Assembly (NCBI RefSeq): GCF_009834535.1
Contig: NC_045707.1
Location: 46,316,001 to 46,380,000 of the forward strand
Length of the DNA: 64,000 nt
Reading direction: 5' to 3'
Source of the DNA: Camelus ferus
Taxonomy: Eukaryota
In this document: piece after piece, positions 22,214 through 35,343 of the stretch
Numbering within the stretch: position 1 is the stretch's first letter
Layout: each line of letters opens with the position of its first letter
Notes under the pieces: generated by a model
What the model saw: only the letters and a program-made list of their open reading frames with translations
What the model was told of the DNA's origin: nothing
Database searches by the model: none
Program-made: the position numbers and the translations under genes

Positions 22214-25059
22214 CCCTCAGAGCATAATCATCAAGATCACAAAATTTTAGAGCTGGAAGGGCTCTTAGAGATAAAACAATGAAGAAACAGAAAAGTTTAA
22301 TGACTTCTGTTTCTTTTCTCCCTCTCCTACAGTGCCTTTACCTTCTTTTCATTCTCTTATCTAATTCTTGGACCTCAGTGGAAACCGATAAGCTTTCTGA
22401 ATAGTGGGTTTTAAGTACCAAAGAGGCTGTATAGCCTCAGAATTTACAGAAAAATGTAGGAAATGACCACTTTCTGAAACTGAAGCTGGGGAGAAAAACC
22501 AGTTATGACAGACGAAATTAGCTCCCTGTATAAGTAACCCACCCTTGGAATTGGCTCCAAAAGGACTGCTTTTGTGATTAGAGTGCTTTCCAAGTTTCCA
22601 TCAAGTCACAAGGATATGGTCTCAGGAAGACATTCTTGGAATGTGGACGGATTGTGGAGTAGTCAGTAGTAGACAGACAGCATTGTCTGAAAAAGATTCA
22701 AGAATTTTAGTTTAGTTGACCGATAAGTTTGTAGCCAAGATCATTTTCACTTTTAATTCATACATATTCATCTAATATATTTATCTATTGCCTACTATGT
22801 CCCAAGCATTATATATTAAGCACAGAACATACAACAGTAAACCGAACATAATCCTTCCCCTCCAAGAGCTTATTATCTGGAGCATGCATTCTCAACGGGC
22901 AAAAACCTTAGAAATTACAATGGTTTGTGGCCCTCCAAAGAGCCACACCACATAAAGGGGTACACATGATATCCATAGTTTTAGATCCTATAGTGGGTAG
23001 GGGAGGAAATTGGGGAAAAAAGTGTCTAAAATGACTCGTTAGGAGGTCAGTCATGAAACTAAGGTTTAAAAACCTGATCCAGAGGAGGAAAGAGAGAACA
23101 AATGAATAGATTGAAAGACAGAGAATATGAAGGAAAGAAAAGTAGAATGATGAAAGAGAAATAGAAAAAGAGAGGAGAAGGTATGTGAAATTTTAAGACG
23201 ACAAAAATAGTTTTGTCTACCGCTGAGCCATATGACATATAACTTTTTTCCTTGACATTCTGAAATACAAGTTTATTCCTCTTACATTATTTCTAGCTTT
23301 GGCAACAAGTATTAAAGGTGAGAAGCAATACTGGAATGCCTGCTTTTTATTAAAAGAATTCCCATATCCTAAAGCATTCTTTCTTACTCAAACACTCCAC
23401 ATGTCCTCACTTTTTCTCATTTAAAATGTAAACTTATAAAAACAAAATAAGGTTCCTAATTATTCCACTTATGTATATATAATGTGGACTTTGTTAGCTC
23501 CATGATATCAAAGCCTTCATATTTGTAGCAATTATTTCTTTCATTTATCTGCCATAGTAAACAAACATGATTGTTGTTGCTTGACAGTTCATCAGGCTTT
23601 TCTGAAATTTTGATTTACCCCTCAGGACCATATACTTTCCTTTGCTCTGAATATGGGTTCACCTAGTAACTTTCTGATTACTAGTTAGATTTCTCAGTCA
23701 TCTTGGTATCAGGAAGAAATGGACTTTACCAGCAGACACTGGTATTTCAGTTAATAGAAAGGAATCATCTTTATTAGCATTTAAAAATATGTATTTTATT
23801 GTGGTATAATTAAATAATATAAATAGTATAAAATGCACACACCTTAGATGTTCATTTTTCAAAAAGACCTTTTTTTTTTTTTTAAAGAACAGTTTTAGGT
23901 TTACAACAAAATTGAGATGAAGGTATAGAGATTTCCCATATACCCTCCCTGCTCCACACAGGCATATCCTCCCCCATTATCAACATCATTTACCAGAATG
24001 GTCCTTTTTTTTTTTTAACCAAGGATGAACTCACATTGACACCTCACAATCACCCAAAGTCCATAATTTACCTCAGGGTTCACTCTGGGTGTTGTACATT
24101 CTATGGGTTTGGACAAATGTATAATAACATAATCCATCATTATAATATCATACAAAATACTTTCACTGTTCTAAAAATTCTCTGTGCTCTGCCTGTTCAT
24201 CTCTCCCAGCCCCACCACCAATCTGGCAACCACTGATCTTTGTCTCCAGTTTTGCCTTTTGTAGAATCGTACAGTACGTAGCCTTTTCAGACTGGCTTCT
24301 TTCACTTAGTAAATATTTATTTAAGGTTCCTCCATATCTTTTCACAGCTTGATAGCTCATTTCTTGTCTGGATTCCATTGTCTGGATGTACCATAGTTGA
24401 TCAGTTCACCTGCTGAATGATATCTTGGTTGCTTCCAAATTTTGGTGATTATGAATAAAGCTACTAAAACATCTCTGGGTAGGTTTTCATGTGGACGTAA
24501 GTTTCTGACCCCTTTGGGTAAATAGCAGAAAGTGCAATTGCTAGATCATACAGTAAGAGTTTTTTAGTTTTCTGAGAAACCAAATAACTGTCTTCTGAAG
24601 AGATTATACCATTTTGCATTCCACCAGCAATGAATGGATGAGAGTTCTTGTTGCTCTATATCCTTGCCACCATTTGATGTTATCAGTGTTCTGAATTTTG
24701 GCCATTCTAATAAGTGTATAATGTATCTCACTGGTGACTTATGATGTGGAACATCTTTTCACATGCTTATTTGCCATCTGTTTATCATCCTTGTTGAAGT
24801 GTCTGTTAAGGTTTTTGGCCCATTTTAAAATCAGATTGTTTATGATTATTGAGTTTTAAGAGTTCTTTGTATATTTTGGATAACAGTCCTTTATCAAGTA
24901 TCTTTTGCAAAAATATTTTCTGCAGTCTGTATCTTGTTTTCTAATTCTCTTGACATTGTTTTTTTTTTTTTGCAGAGCATAGTTTTTTATTTTAATGAAG
25001 TCCAACTTATCAATTACCTCTTTCATGGATGATGTCTGGTGTTGTATCTAAAAAGGCAT

Positions 25060-25279
25060 CACCAGTTACAAAATAAATGAATCATGAGGGTGAAATGTAT
25101 AACATGGGGAATGTAGTCAATAATATTGTAATAACTTTGTATGGTGACAGATGGTAACCAGACTTATGGTGGTGACCACTTTTGTAATGTAACCACTGTG
25201 TTGTGCACCTAGAAATAACATAATGTTGTAGGCCAGTTATACTTTAGTTAAAAATAAACAAGTAAATAAGTAAACTTTG
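25060..25279 (+). mobile_element. Short sense L1 3'UTR insertion inside an antisense L1
   Basis: ATGGTGACAGATGGTAACCAGACTTATGGTGGTGACCA, A-rich tail, and TSD AAAAAGGCAT at 25050-25059 and 25280-25289. Confidence 0.85.
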
Positions 25280-27014
25280 AAAAAGGCATTAATACACCCC
25301 ATGTCATCTAGGTTTTCTCCTATATTATCTTTTAGGAGTTATATAGTTTTGTGTTTTACATTATCCATTTTGAGTTAAGTTTTGCTACAGGTGTAAGGGT
25401 TGTGTCTAGAATCATATTTTTCCATGTGAACGTCTAGTTGTTTAGCAGCATTTGTTGAAGTAACTATCTTTGCTCCATTGTAATGCCTTTGCTCCTTTGT
25501 CAAAAATCATCTGACTAAATTTATGGAGGTCTGTTTCTGGGCTCTCTATCCTATTGCACTGATCTATTTGTCTGTTATTTTGCCAATACTATAGTGTCTT
25601 GATTACTGTAGCTTTATAGTAAGCCTTGAAGTCAGGTAGCCTCAGTCCTTCAACTTTGTTCTGATGTTCTTTTGGTAAGTTTGACAGCTGTATGTATACC
25701 TCTGTGACCACCACTCAAAACAAAATATAGATCCTTTCCATCACCCCAGAAAGTTTCCTTGTATCCCTCCTGTCATTGTCCTCTGCAGCCACGTTTAGAT
25801 TTCTAAAACCAGATTAGTATTGTCTTTCTTGGATTTCGCGTAAATAGAACCATACAACATGTACTCTGCTGTGCCTGGCTTCTTATTTTACCAAAATATC
25901 TGTGAGATTTATCCATGTTGTTAGGCATATTGGCAATTCCTTTTTATTGTTGTATTGTATTTTACTGTGTAAATATATAATTTGCTCATCTATGCTCCTG
26001 TTGATGTACATTTGGGTTGTTTTAGTTTTTAGTTATTATAAATAAGGTTTCTTTAAACTTTCTTTGTGTGAGTTTTTTTTTTGAACTTGTATTTTTATTT
26101 CTCTTTGGTAACTAAGGGAAACTGCTTGGGTCATGAATATGTTAGATGAATATTTAACTATAAACAAGTTGTCAAGCAGTTTTCCAAGGTGATTGTACTA
26201 TTTTGCACTCACAATGTATTAGTACACTGTAGCAGTGTATTAGTTCTAGCTGCTTTAAATCCTCACTAATATTTGCGTTTTTATTAGACTTTGAGTTTAG
26301 CCACGGTACTGCATGTGAGATGGAATCTCATTGTGGCTGTAATTTGCATTTACTTGATGACTAAAGATATTGAGCACTTTTTCATGTGTTATCAGCCATT
26401 TGTATATCTCATAAAAGGTCTGTTCAAGCCTTTGCTACTATCTTTTTTTTTTCCCAAAAATTCTTATTGACATACAGTTGAAATACATTATATTAGTTTC
26501 AGGTGTACAACATGATTGGGAATTTATATAATTATGAAATGATCACCACAATAAGTCTAGTTAACGTCTGTCACCATACATAGTTATATAAAAATTTTTT
26601 TCCCTTGTATGAGAACTTTTAATATTTACTCTCTTAGCAACTTTCAAATGTGCGATACAATATTATTAGCTACAGTCACCACTGTGTCTCTGCCCAGTTT
26701 TAACTGTATTGTTTTTCTGCTATTAAGTTGTGTGGGTTCTTTTATATTTTGGATATTAACCCCTTATTGGATATATGATTTGCAAATATTTTCTCCCCTT
26801 CAGCAGGTTGCCTTTTCATTTTGTTGATGACTTCCTTTGCTGTGCAAAAAAGCATTTTAGTTTGATGTAATATCACTCACTTATTTTTCCTTTGTTGCCT
26901 TTTCTTTTGGTGTCAAATCCAAAAAAAACCATTGCCAAGATTCATGTCAAGGAGCTTACCGCCTATGTTTTCTTCTAGGAGTTTTATGGCTTTAGATTTT
27001 ACATTCAAGTCTTT

Positions 27015-27277
27015 TTATTTTTAATTAAGCAGGTTTTTATTAACAGGTTCAAATCATTTACACAGACTATTTGGTAAACTCAGGGGAGACCCAGCACTCT
27101 GTCCTTTTAGGAGCTCTTATTGCTGCCTTGTGTGAAAGGGCCACTTGAGATAGAGGCAACAACTCACCAGAGACAGGATTCTGTTATACTGAGGATTAGC
27201 AGCAGGTGACCAGAGCTCCTCCAACCAAGGCCCAGAAGCTTGACTATCCAGGATCAAGCTATCCTTTAGGGTACACG
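27015..27277 (-). pseudogene. Retroposed polyadenylated RNA 3' fragment (non-L1) inside an L1
   Basis: Near-TSD ACATTCAAGTCTTT (27001-27014) / ACAATCAAATCTTT (27278-27291); T-rich tail at left; AATAAA on the minus strand at 27036-27041. Confidence 0.7.
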
Positions 27278-30200
27278 ACAATCAAATCTTTAGTCCATTT
27301 TGAATTAGTTTTTGTGTATGGTGTAAGATAGCAGTTCAGTTTCATTCTTTTGCATGTGTCTATCCAGTTTTCCCAAAACTATTGAGGAGACTGTCTTTTC
27401 TCCATTGTATATTCTCAGCTCCTTTGTTGTAATTGGCCATTTACATGTGGGTTTATTTCTGGGGTTTCTATTTCTGTTCCATTGATCTATGTGTCTGTTT
27501 TTATGCCAATATCATAATATTTTGATGACTATAGCTTTGTTTGAAATCAGGAAGCATGATGCCTCCAGATTTGTTCTTTCTCAAGATAGCTTTAGGTATT
27601 TGGGGTCTTTTGTGGTTCTATACAAATTTAGGATTGCTTGTTCTATATCTGAAAAATGCCATTGGAATTTTGATAGGGATTGTATTGAATCTGTAGATTG
27701 CTTTGGGTAGTATGGACATTTTACTAATATTCTTCCAACCCATAAGCATAGAATATCTTTTTATTTATTTGTATATTCTCTGATTTCTTTCATTGATGTC
27801 TTATAGTTTTCAGTGTACAGATCTTTCACCTCCTTGGTTGAATTTACTCCTAGGTATTTATTTTTTTTGATGCAATTGTTAATGGGATTATTTTCCTAAT
27901 TTCTCTTTCTGATAGTTCATCAGTGTACAGAAATGCAACCAATTTCTGCATATTGATTTTTTATTCTACAACTTTATTAAATTTGTTACTGGTTCTAAGT
28001 TTATTGGTGGAATCTTTAGGGTTTTCCATATATATTCTTAAGAATTAATATAATTACTACAATTATGATATGTTATATTTTTATACATAATATTCTTTCT
28101 TTTCTTTGTCTAATTGCTCTGGCTAGTAGCTCTCTTGTATATTCCAAAACTATGTTGAATAAAACTAGTAAGAGTGAGCATCCTTGTCTCATTCCTAATC
28201 TTACAGGAAAAGCTTTCAACTTTTCACTGTTCAGTATGATGTTAGCTGTGAGCTTATCATATACGCTTTTTATCACATTTAGGTATGTTCCTTCTATACC
28301 CACTTTGTTGAGATGTAATCATCTTAAATGAGTTATAGTTCATACCTTAATTTTTATTGTTAACTTAGAGTTCTTTTTATATTCTTGATACAATTGCTAG
28401 ATATAATTGCAGTGAATATTTCCCAGTCTGTAGCATAATGCTCTCTTTGAAGAATAGAAATTTAAATTTTGATTAAGTCTAATTTGTCAAATTTTTCCTT
28501 TAGGATTAGTGTCTTGTGTTTCATATGCAAGAAATATTTGCCTCCTCCAAAGTTATAAAGATGCTCTTCTATTTTTTCTTCTAGAAGTTTTAGGTATCTG
28601 GGTTTTATAATAGGCCTATGAGTCATTTTAATTAATTTTTGTGTATGGAGTGAAATAGGGCTGAAGCTTTTTTTTCTAACAAATAGATATCCAATTGTTT
28701 TAGCAATGTTTGTTAGAAAAAAATTTTCTTTCACCATTTAATTGCTTTTGTAAAAGATGAAATGACTATATGTGTGGGTCTATTTCTAGAGTCAAATTTG
28801 TTTATTTACTAGCCTATCCTTATGCAAATAACAGTCTTGCTTATTGTAACTTTATAGAAGGCTTGAAATCAGGTAAAGTCTTCCAGCTTTATTGTTTTTC
28901 AGGATTGTTTTGGCTATTTTAGACCTTTCACCTTTTTAGATAAATTTTAGAATTATCTATGTCTTGATGAAAAGCTTTCTGGAATTTTGATAAGGATTGG
29001 GATGAATCTACAAATCAATTTAGGAAGAATGGACAGCTTAGTGATAGAGTTTTACCATTCATGAATATGATGGGGTTTTTTTCCTCCATTTAAATTTAAC
29101 ATTTTTTCTTCAGCTATGTTTTGTGGTTTTTTTCAATACAGAGGTGTTATACATATCTTAAGTTTATTCCTAGGTTTCTGATGTTTTGGATACATTATAA
29201 ATGGTGTTGTTTTCAATTTCATTTCCCAATTTTTGTTGCTGGTACATAGAAGTAGAATTGATTTTTGTATATTGATCCTGTTTCCTATGACTTGCTTTAT
29301 TAATTTATTAGTTCTAGTAGCTCTCTTGTATATTCCATATGCTTTTCTCAAGTATATAACCATGTTGCCTGTGAATATAGTTTTACTTCTAATTTTTTAT
29401 TGATATAATCCATATACCATAAAATTCACCCTTTTCAAGTGTACAGTTCAGTGGTTTTTAGTATGTTCACAAAGCTATGCAATCCTCACCACTAATTTGA
29501 CTATTTTCTTCACTCCAAATATAAACCTCATACTCATTAGTAGTCACTTCCCATTGTCCCCATCCTCATCCCCTAACAACTTCTATTTTCTTTCCCTATC
29601 AATTTGCCTATTCTGCATTTCATATAAATGGAATTATAAAATATGTGTCTTTCACTTAGCATATAATGTGTTCAGGGTTCACCAGGTGGTATCAGGAGTC
29701 AGTATTTCATTCCTTTTTATGGCTGAATAATATTCCATTACAAAGATTATAGTATGTTTTGTTTATTCATTTATTACTTGTTGGACATTTGGGTTGTTTC
29801 TACTTTTGGGTTATTATGAATAATGTGACTATGTATATCTGTGTACAAGCTTTTGTGTGAACATAAGTTTCCATTCACATAGAACTGTTGGGTTATACAG
29901 TAACTCTATATGTAACTTCTTGAAACTGACAAACCATTCCCAAATCACCATTTTACATTCTCATCACAGAGATATGAAGGTTCCAGTTTCTCTACAGCCT
30001 TACTAACACTTGTTACTGTCCATTTTTTGATTATACCCATACTGGTGGGTATAAAGTGGTGTCTCTTTGTGGTTTTAATTTGTATTTCCCTAATGACAAA
30101 TGATGTTGATCACTTCTCATGTGCATATTTGCCATTTGTATACCTTCTTTGGCGAAATCTCTATTCAAATCCTTTGTTTACTTTTAAATTGGGTTGTCTT

Positions 30201-32974
30201 TTTATTGTTCAATTTTAAGCATTCTTTATATACCTTGAATTCAAGTCCCTTATCAGGTATGATTTTCAAATATTTTCTCCTGTTCTGTAGGTTATCTTTT
30301 CACATTCTTGATAGTGTTCTTTAAAGCAGCTTTTTAGTTCTGATGAAGTGAAATTTATCTTTTTTTCCTTTGTTTGTGTTCTGGTGTCACATCTAAGAAA
30401 CTGTTACCTAATAAATTGTCATGAAGATTTATGGCTATGTTTCTTCCTAAGAGTTTTATAGTTTTAGCCCTTACATTTGGATCTTTGATTCAAAATTTGT
30501 ACAGAGTGTGAGGTAGAGGTCCACGTTCATTCTTTTCCATGTAGTTATCTAGTTTTCCCAGTACCAGTTATTGAAAAGACTATTCTTTCCCCCATTGAAT
30601 TGTCTTGTCACCTTTGTACAAAGACAATTGATGATAAATGTAAGGTTTTATTTCTGGCCTGTGAATTCTAGTCCACTGATCTATATTTATGTATGTTTTT
30701 GGTAGTACAGCACTGTCTTGATTATATAGTTTTGTTATAAGTTTTGCAATAAGGAAGTCCAAGTCTTTCCAGTGTTTATGCTTCTTATTGGATCATTGCA
30801 TTGAGACTTGCAGTATCATTCTCAATAGAAGTGTTGAGCGTAGACCTTCTTATGTTGTTCTTGATTATAGGGGAAAAGTATTTCACCATTATATTTTTCA
30901 AAGATGTTATCATACTGAGGAAGTTCCCTTCTATTCCCAGGTTGCTGAGAGTTTTTAACATGAATGAATTTTGAATTCTGTCAGATGCTTTTTTGGCATC
31001 TATTGAGACTATCATTTTGTTTTTCATTCTGTTAATGTGGTGAATGTAGTGTTAACTCATTTTCTCTGGTCATATCTTATCCTCTATATTCCAAGTTTCA
31101 ATTTGCCAATATTTCATTAAGAATAAAAAAAATCTATATTCATGAGATATTGATTTGTAATTTTCTTGTAAAATATCCTTGTCAAGTCTCCTTTTGGTAT
31201 CAGGATTATTTTCGCCTTATAAAATTAGTTTGGAAGTGTTCCTTCTTGCTCTACTTTGTGGAATAGTTTAGGAATGGTATTTTAACTTTTTTAAATGCCT
31301 GACAAAATTTACAGGTGAAGCCTTCTGGGCCTGGAGTTTTCTTCGTGGGAAGGTTTTTGATTACAAATTCAATGTCTTTCATAGATTTTGGGATAATTAG
31401 ATTTTCTTTTCTTCTTCTTCTTCTTTTTTTTTTTTTTTTTTGGTGTTTTTAAGGGAATGTGTCCATTTCACTTAAGTTAAATTTACTGGCATAAAGTTGT
31501 GAAATTATCTCTTTAGTATCTGTATAATTACATTAAAATGAAAACTTCTGCACACAAAAATAAAGTATATGACAGAAAATGAATTGAGGGAAATAAACAC
31601 ATAACATATGGCAGAAAAAGGATGTGTGTGTATGTGGTAGGAGTAAATAGTGACAGAAGGAATTACAGTTCAGTGTGTCAAAGACTATGAGAGGCACAGA
31701 GAGAGCAAATAGGAAGGATACCCAGTCCAATCTGGGGAGTCAGAATCATGATGTCCAAGTGACAGATTAGATTGCTCAACTCTAGGCAAATTAATGTAAT
31801 CAAATCTTGGACACTTAAAAAGCTGAGATTTAGATCCCAAATACAATTACTTCACATTGGCTATCCACCTGTGAGGGTCTGTAGTGAACTTTCACTGGCA
31901 TATTTTTAATTAAAACACAATTTTGTTTTTGTAAAAATGATATATTCATCATAAAAAATTCAAACAACATAGAAAAGTCCAAAAGATAAAATAAAAATCA
32001 GTTGCATTCTGTCCAACATCCTTCCTAATCTTTTTATACTTACATTCACATTACACACACACTTACTTATGTTGGGCTGACACTGTTCATGCTAAACTGC
32101 ATTCTGCTTTTTTGAGGGAAAAAACCCCTATATACCTTGGGCATACTTTCATGTAAATAAAGAGATTTACCTCCTAGTTTTTAATGGCTCAAGGGTATTT
32201 CATTGTATGTAAGTATCAGAATATATTTAACTAGTGTCCTAGTGAGGTAGCTATGTTTTTTCTAGAAGCACCTATTATAAAAAGGGAGTGAGGAACATCG
32301 TTGTAAACTTTTTATTTTCTTTAGAGCAAATAACTAGGAAATAAAATTGTTGGGGCAAAGGCTAATGCTTATGTTAAATTTTGGTAAATAAGGGTGTACC
32401 AATTTCAGTTTCACACCAATAATGCATGACGGTAATTGTATGTCCATTTCACTATCTACACTGATAGACAAAAAGGATGTCTGGACATCTTTTCATCTGT
32501 TAATTACATGTTCTTTTTTCTTGGTTTAGGAATGTCTTATTGATATCCTTTGACAATTTAACTTATAGTGTTGAGTTTTACAATGGATATTCTATGAGCT
32601 TTTTGTGTATTTGGAAAGTTTTTCATTCTTTTTTCACATGATACACATTTATTTTCCACTGGTTATTATTTATGTGTATGTTACGACTTTATGTGTAGAT
32701 TAGAATCTTGATGTGGTTAACTTTTATCAACTTTTTTCTTTTATGGTTTCTGGTTCTTGCTTCATACTTAGAAAAAGCCTTTCTCAGCTCAAGATTATAA
32801 AGATAAGTCACTTTGATTTTCTTGTAGTATTTTTATGGCTTCATTCTTCACATTTAAATTCTTGATTCATCTGGTATTTATTTAACAAATTAAAAATATG
32901 CAAAACCTGTCCCCAATGTTTAGTATTCCTCAGATAATCTCTTTCCCACTGACCAATGATTTGTAGCATATAGT

Positions 32975-33160
32975 TTACTGATACCACTGAGACTTCTGGA
33001 GTCAGACTGCCTGACTTCAACATTTACCAGTTATAGCTCTGGCTGACATTGTAAAATCAAGATAATAATTGCATCTATGTTACAGAGAGTTAAACAAGAT
33101 AACGTATCAACTACTGGAGCCCTTTTTCAGGTTAAGTGTTCAGTAGATGTGAGTTATTAT
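32975..33160 (+). mobile_element. MIR SINE
   Basis: TCTGGAGTCAGACTGCCTG...GTAAAATCAAGATAATAATTGCATCTA..CAGAGAGTTAAACAAGATAACGTA. Confidence 0.7.
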
Positions 33161-33649
33161 CATATTAAACACTCTTACGTACACAGCAGTTTTATTTCTG
33201 GATTCTATATTCTGTTCACTGATCTCTCCCACATCTACGTGACCCATCCATTAACATTCCATTACCCAACTCACTGTCCCATCTAATAGCTCCTCTTTCC
33301 TCATTTCAACAAAAAGCTCCTATCTCAGTTGTCTTTCTAATCATAACTAGAGCCCGAAAATGTTACCCTACCTAGGGCGGGGGCGGGGGCAGGGGGAGTG
33401 GGGTGGGGAATAAGCTGCACTCCACATGGTAGTGAGAGTCAAAACCCAACCAAGACACAGAACAAACGTGGGAGAAGGGAGCGTGCCTATTTCTCCTACC
33501 TCCTCTTCTGAAAGGCTGAAACCCTACTTTATTTCAGCTCTCGGCATGTAACTGACGTTGTCAAAAGCTAGTAACTGTCTTCCAACTCTAGTTTACAAAC
33601 TAAAGACAAATCGTTCACAATGCTACCCCAGTGGGCCCTGAATCTGAGG

Positions 33650-34700
33650 TTAACTATGCGAAAAGATTGGGGCGGCTGCGGGGAAAGATTCGCGTCTGGG
33701 CCCTGGTCCTGACCTGGCCGTTCCCTGTCTGCGAGCCGCGCCGGCTCCCCAGTCGTGGTATGAGGCCCCACGGCTGAGGTGGGAGGCAGGAGACTTCGGG
33801 ACCCACTGACTGTACGGTCGGGCACGAAGGCAGGCGGGGGTGGCGGCAGGACCACTAACGCAGTCTCAGAGAATAAAGTGTAGGAAGAGCCGGCAGAGGG
33901 ATGGGGAAGCGCGAGACGGGGAAAGGACTGGAGATGTTGCGTGGGAAGAAGGAGAGGGAGAGCGGCTTCCCGCTCAACCGCGCTCGTCACTCTGGCTCCC
34001 GGAAGCAAGTGCGCGGTCCCGGACTGTCCGCTCCCTTAGGCTCAGGGGATCTCTGCGGCCCTCCAGTGTCCCTCGGAGAGCCACCCGAGCCCCGGGATTC
34101 CCGCCTCGGTCCGCCAGCTTCCGCCCTCTAACAGCCTCGGACCGCGGCCGCGGCGTCGGTGACGTCGGCGTGGGGGCGGGACTTCCTGCTTCGCGCGCCT
34201 TTAGGTCTCGAGACGGCGGCCGCAGGGTTTGAGGTTGCGGCAGGCGGCGGGCCGAGGGTGGCTTCCTGACCGGACGTCAGCACCGGCCCCCCCAGACCTG
34301 AGAAGGCCTGTCCACCGAGGAGGAGCGGGGCTTTTCTCCACCGCCACCTCCGCCTCCTCCCTCTCGGCCCTCGGAGTTCTCCCGGGCTACCTCCCATTTC
34401 CCCTGGGGTTGGGAGCCCGCGGGGCACGCTCGGCTCGCCTGCTCCTGCTCCTCCTCCAGCCTGCGCTTCGAGCGGCCTCCGAGACCTCGTCAGGCGTGGC
34501 GGGCTGGGCCAGCACCCCGCGTGCGAGACTGTTTCCCGTGGCCCCAATGCCCCGGCTAGAAGAGTGCCGTGGGTGCCCGTGGTTGGAGCTGTGGAAGTGT
34601 CCCCCGGTGGCGAGTGCGGCCGAGACACCGGTTACTGTTAAGTTTTCTGCGCGCAGGTTGCAAGGACCGTGTGAGTCAGGTACGTAACGCTATCTTGTCC
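33650..34700. promoter_or_regulatory. CEP83: CpG-island promoter of CEP83 (probably bidirectional)
   Basis: Only dense CpG/GC-rich kilobase in the window; CCGGAAG (ETS) at ~34000, TGACGTC (CRE-like) at ~34160, GGGGCGGGACTTCCT (Sp1+ETS) at ~34173-34187, TCTCGAGA palindrome at ~34206; no TATA box seen. Confidence 0.85.
34190..34679 (+). other. CEP83: Putative non-coding first exon of CEP83 (TSS approximate)
   Basis: Strong donor CAG|GTACGT at the 3' edge of the CpG island (GT at 34680-34681; alternative GTGAGT at 34671); the first coding exon starts with an acceptor, so an upstream exon is required. Confidence 0.65.
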
Positions 34701-35315
34701 GTAGTTTGGGATACTCATGGCTTTTTTCTTCACAACTTGCCCTTGAATTTTTCTGTTGTTACTTTTCCTGTAAAGCAGTTGCAGCAGGTGTTAGAAATGT
34801 AGGTTGTGAGAATGTTCTGTCGCCAATTAAGTACACGTGAAACTCTTTATGGATCTTTTTGATGCACTTTAGCGTAATGCTTGGGTAGCCCTGGTTTAAA
34901 AATTGGCTAAACGTGGAGTACCTCCAGTTTCATTTCTGTGAAAAAACAATTATGCTGCCGTTTTCCTTGACCCCGAAGACTATTCGGGGCGATTTTGGCT
35001 GTCATTACAAGGATAACATTAGGATATGTGAGTGTATACTGAGCTTAAACGGACAATCTATGTCTTTAGTGTGCAACTTTTGACCAAAATAAATGGGCTC
35101 TTAGCTCTTAAGAATGCCCACTGCCAAGTATTTTAAAAGCCTTTGGTCACACGAGTTGTAATGATGAAACTATTTCAGTAAAATCTCGAAGATGTCTAGA
35201 ATAACAAGAAACTTATTAGTTTCTCATACATAGTATATAATTCATAATGTGTTCAAACTGTAAGCACAGAATACTTGAGTATATCTGAAACTGAGTAGGT
35301 TGTTAAAGCGCTGCT

Positions 35316-35343
35316 TGTTGCCAAGCAACATCTCTGTAAACAA
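35316..35343. promoter_or_regulatory. RFX X-box plus adjacent forkhead motif
   Basis: GTTGCCAAGCAAC (35317-35329) fits GTNRCC-N(0-3)-RGYAAC; TGTAAACAA at 35335-35343. Confidence 0.55.

Larger units (their letters stand above)
23790..31520 (-). mobile_element. Cluster of nested antisense L1 fragments of several ages (L1MA/MB/MC-like)
   Basis: Minus-strand L1 ORF2 peptides ([48 protein letters not shown]) and several separate T-rich 3' ends (~23870, ~26445, ~29390). Confidence 0.9.

Noticed and set aside
33568..34802. Several 76-166 aa ORFs on both strands over the CpG island
   Set aside because: Long stop-free frames are expected in GC-rich DNA. They are low-complexity R/P/G/A peptides, mostly with non-ATG starts and no recognisable domain.
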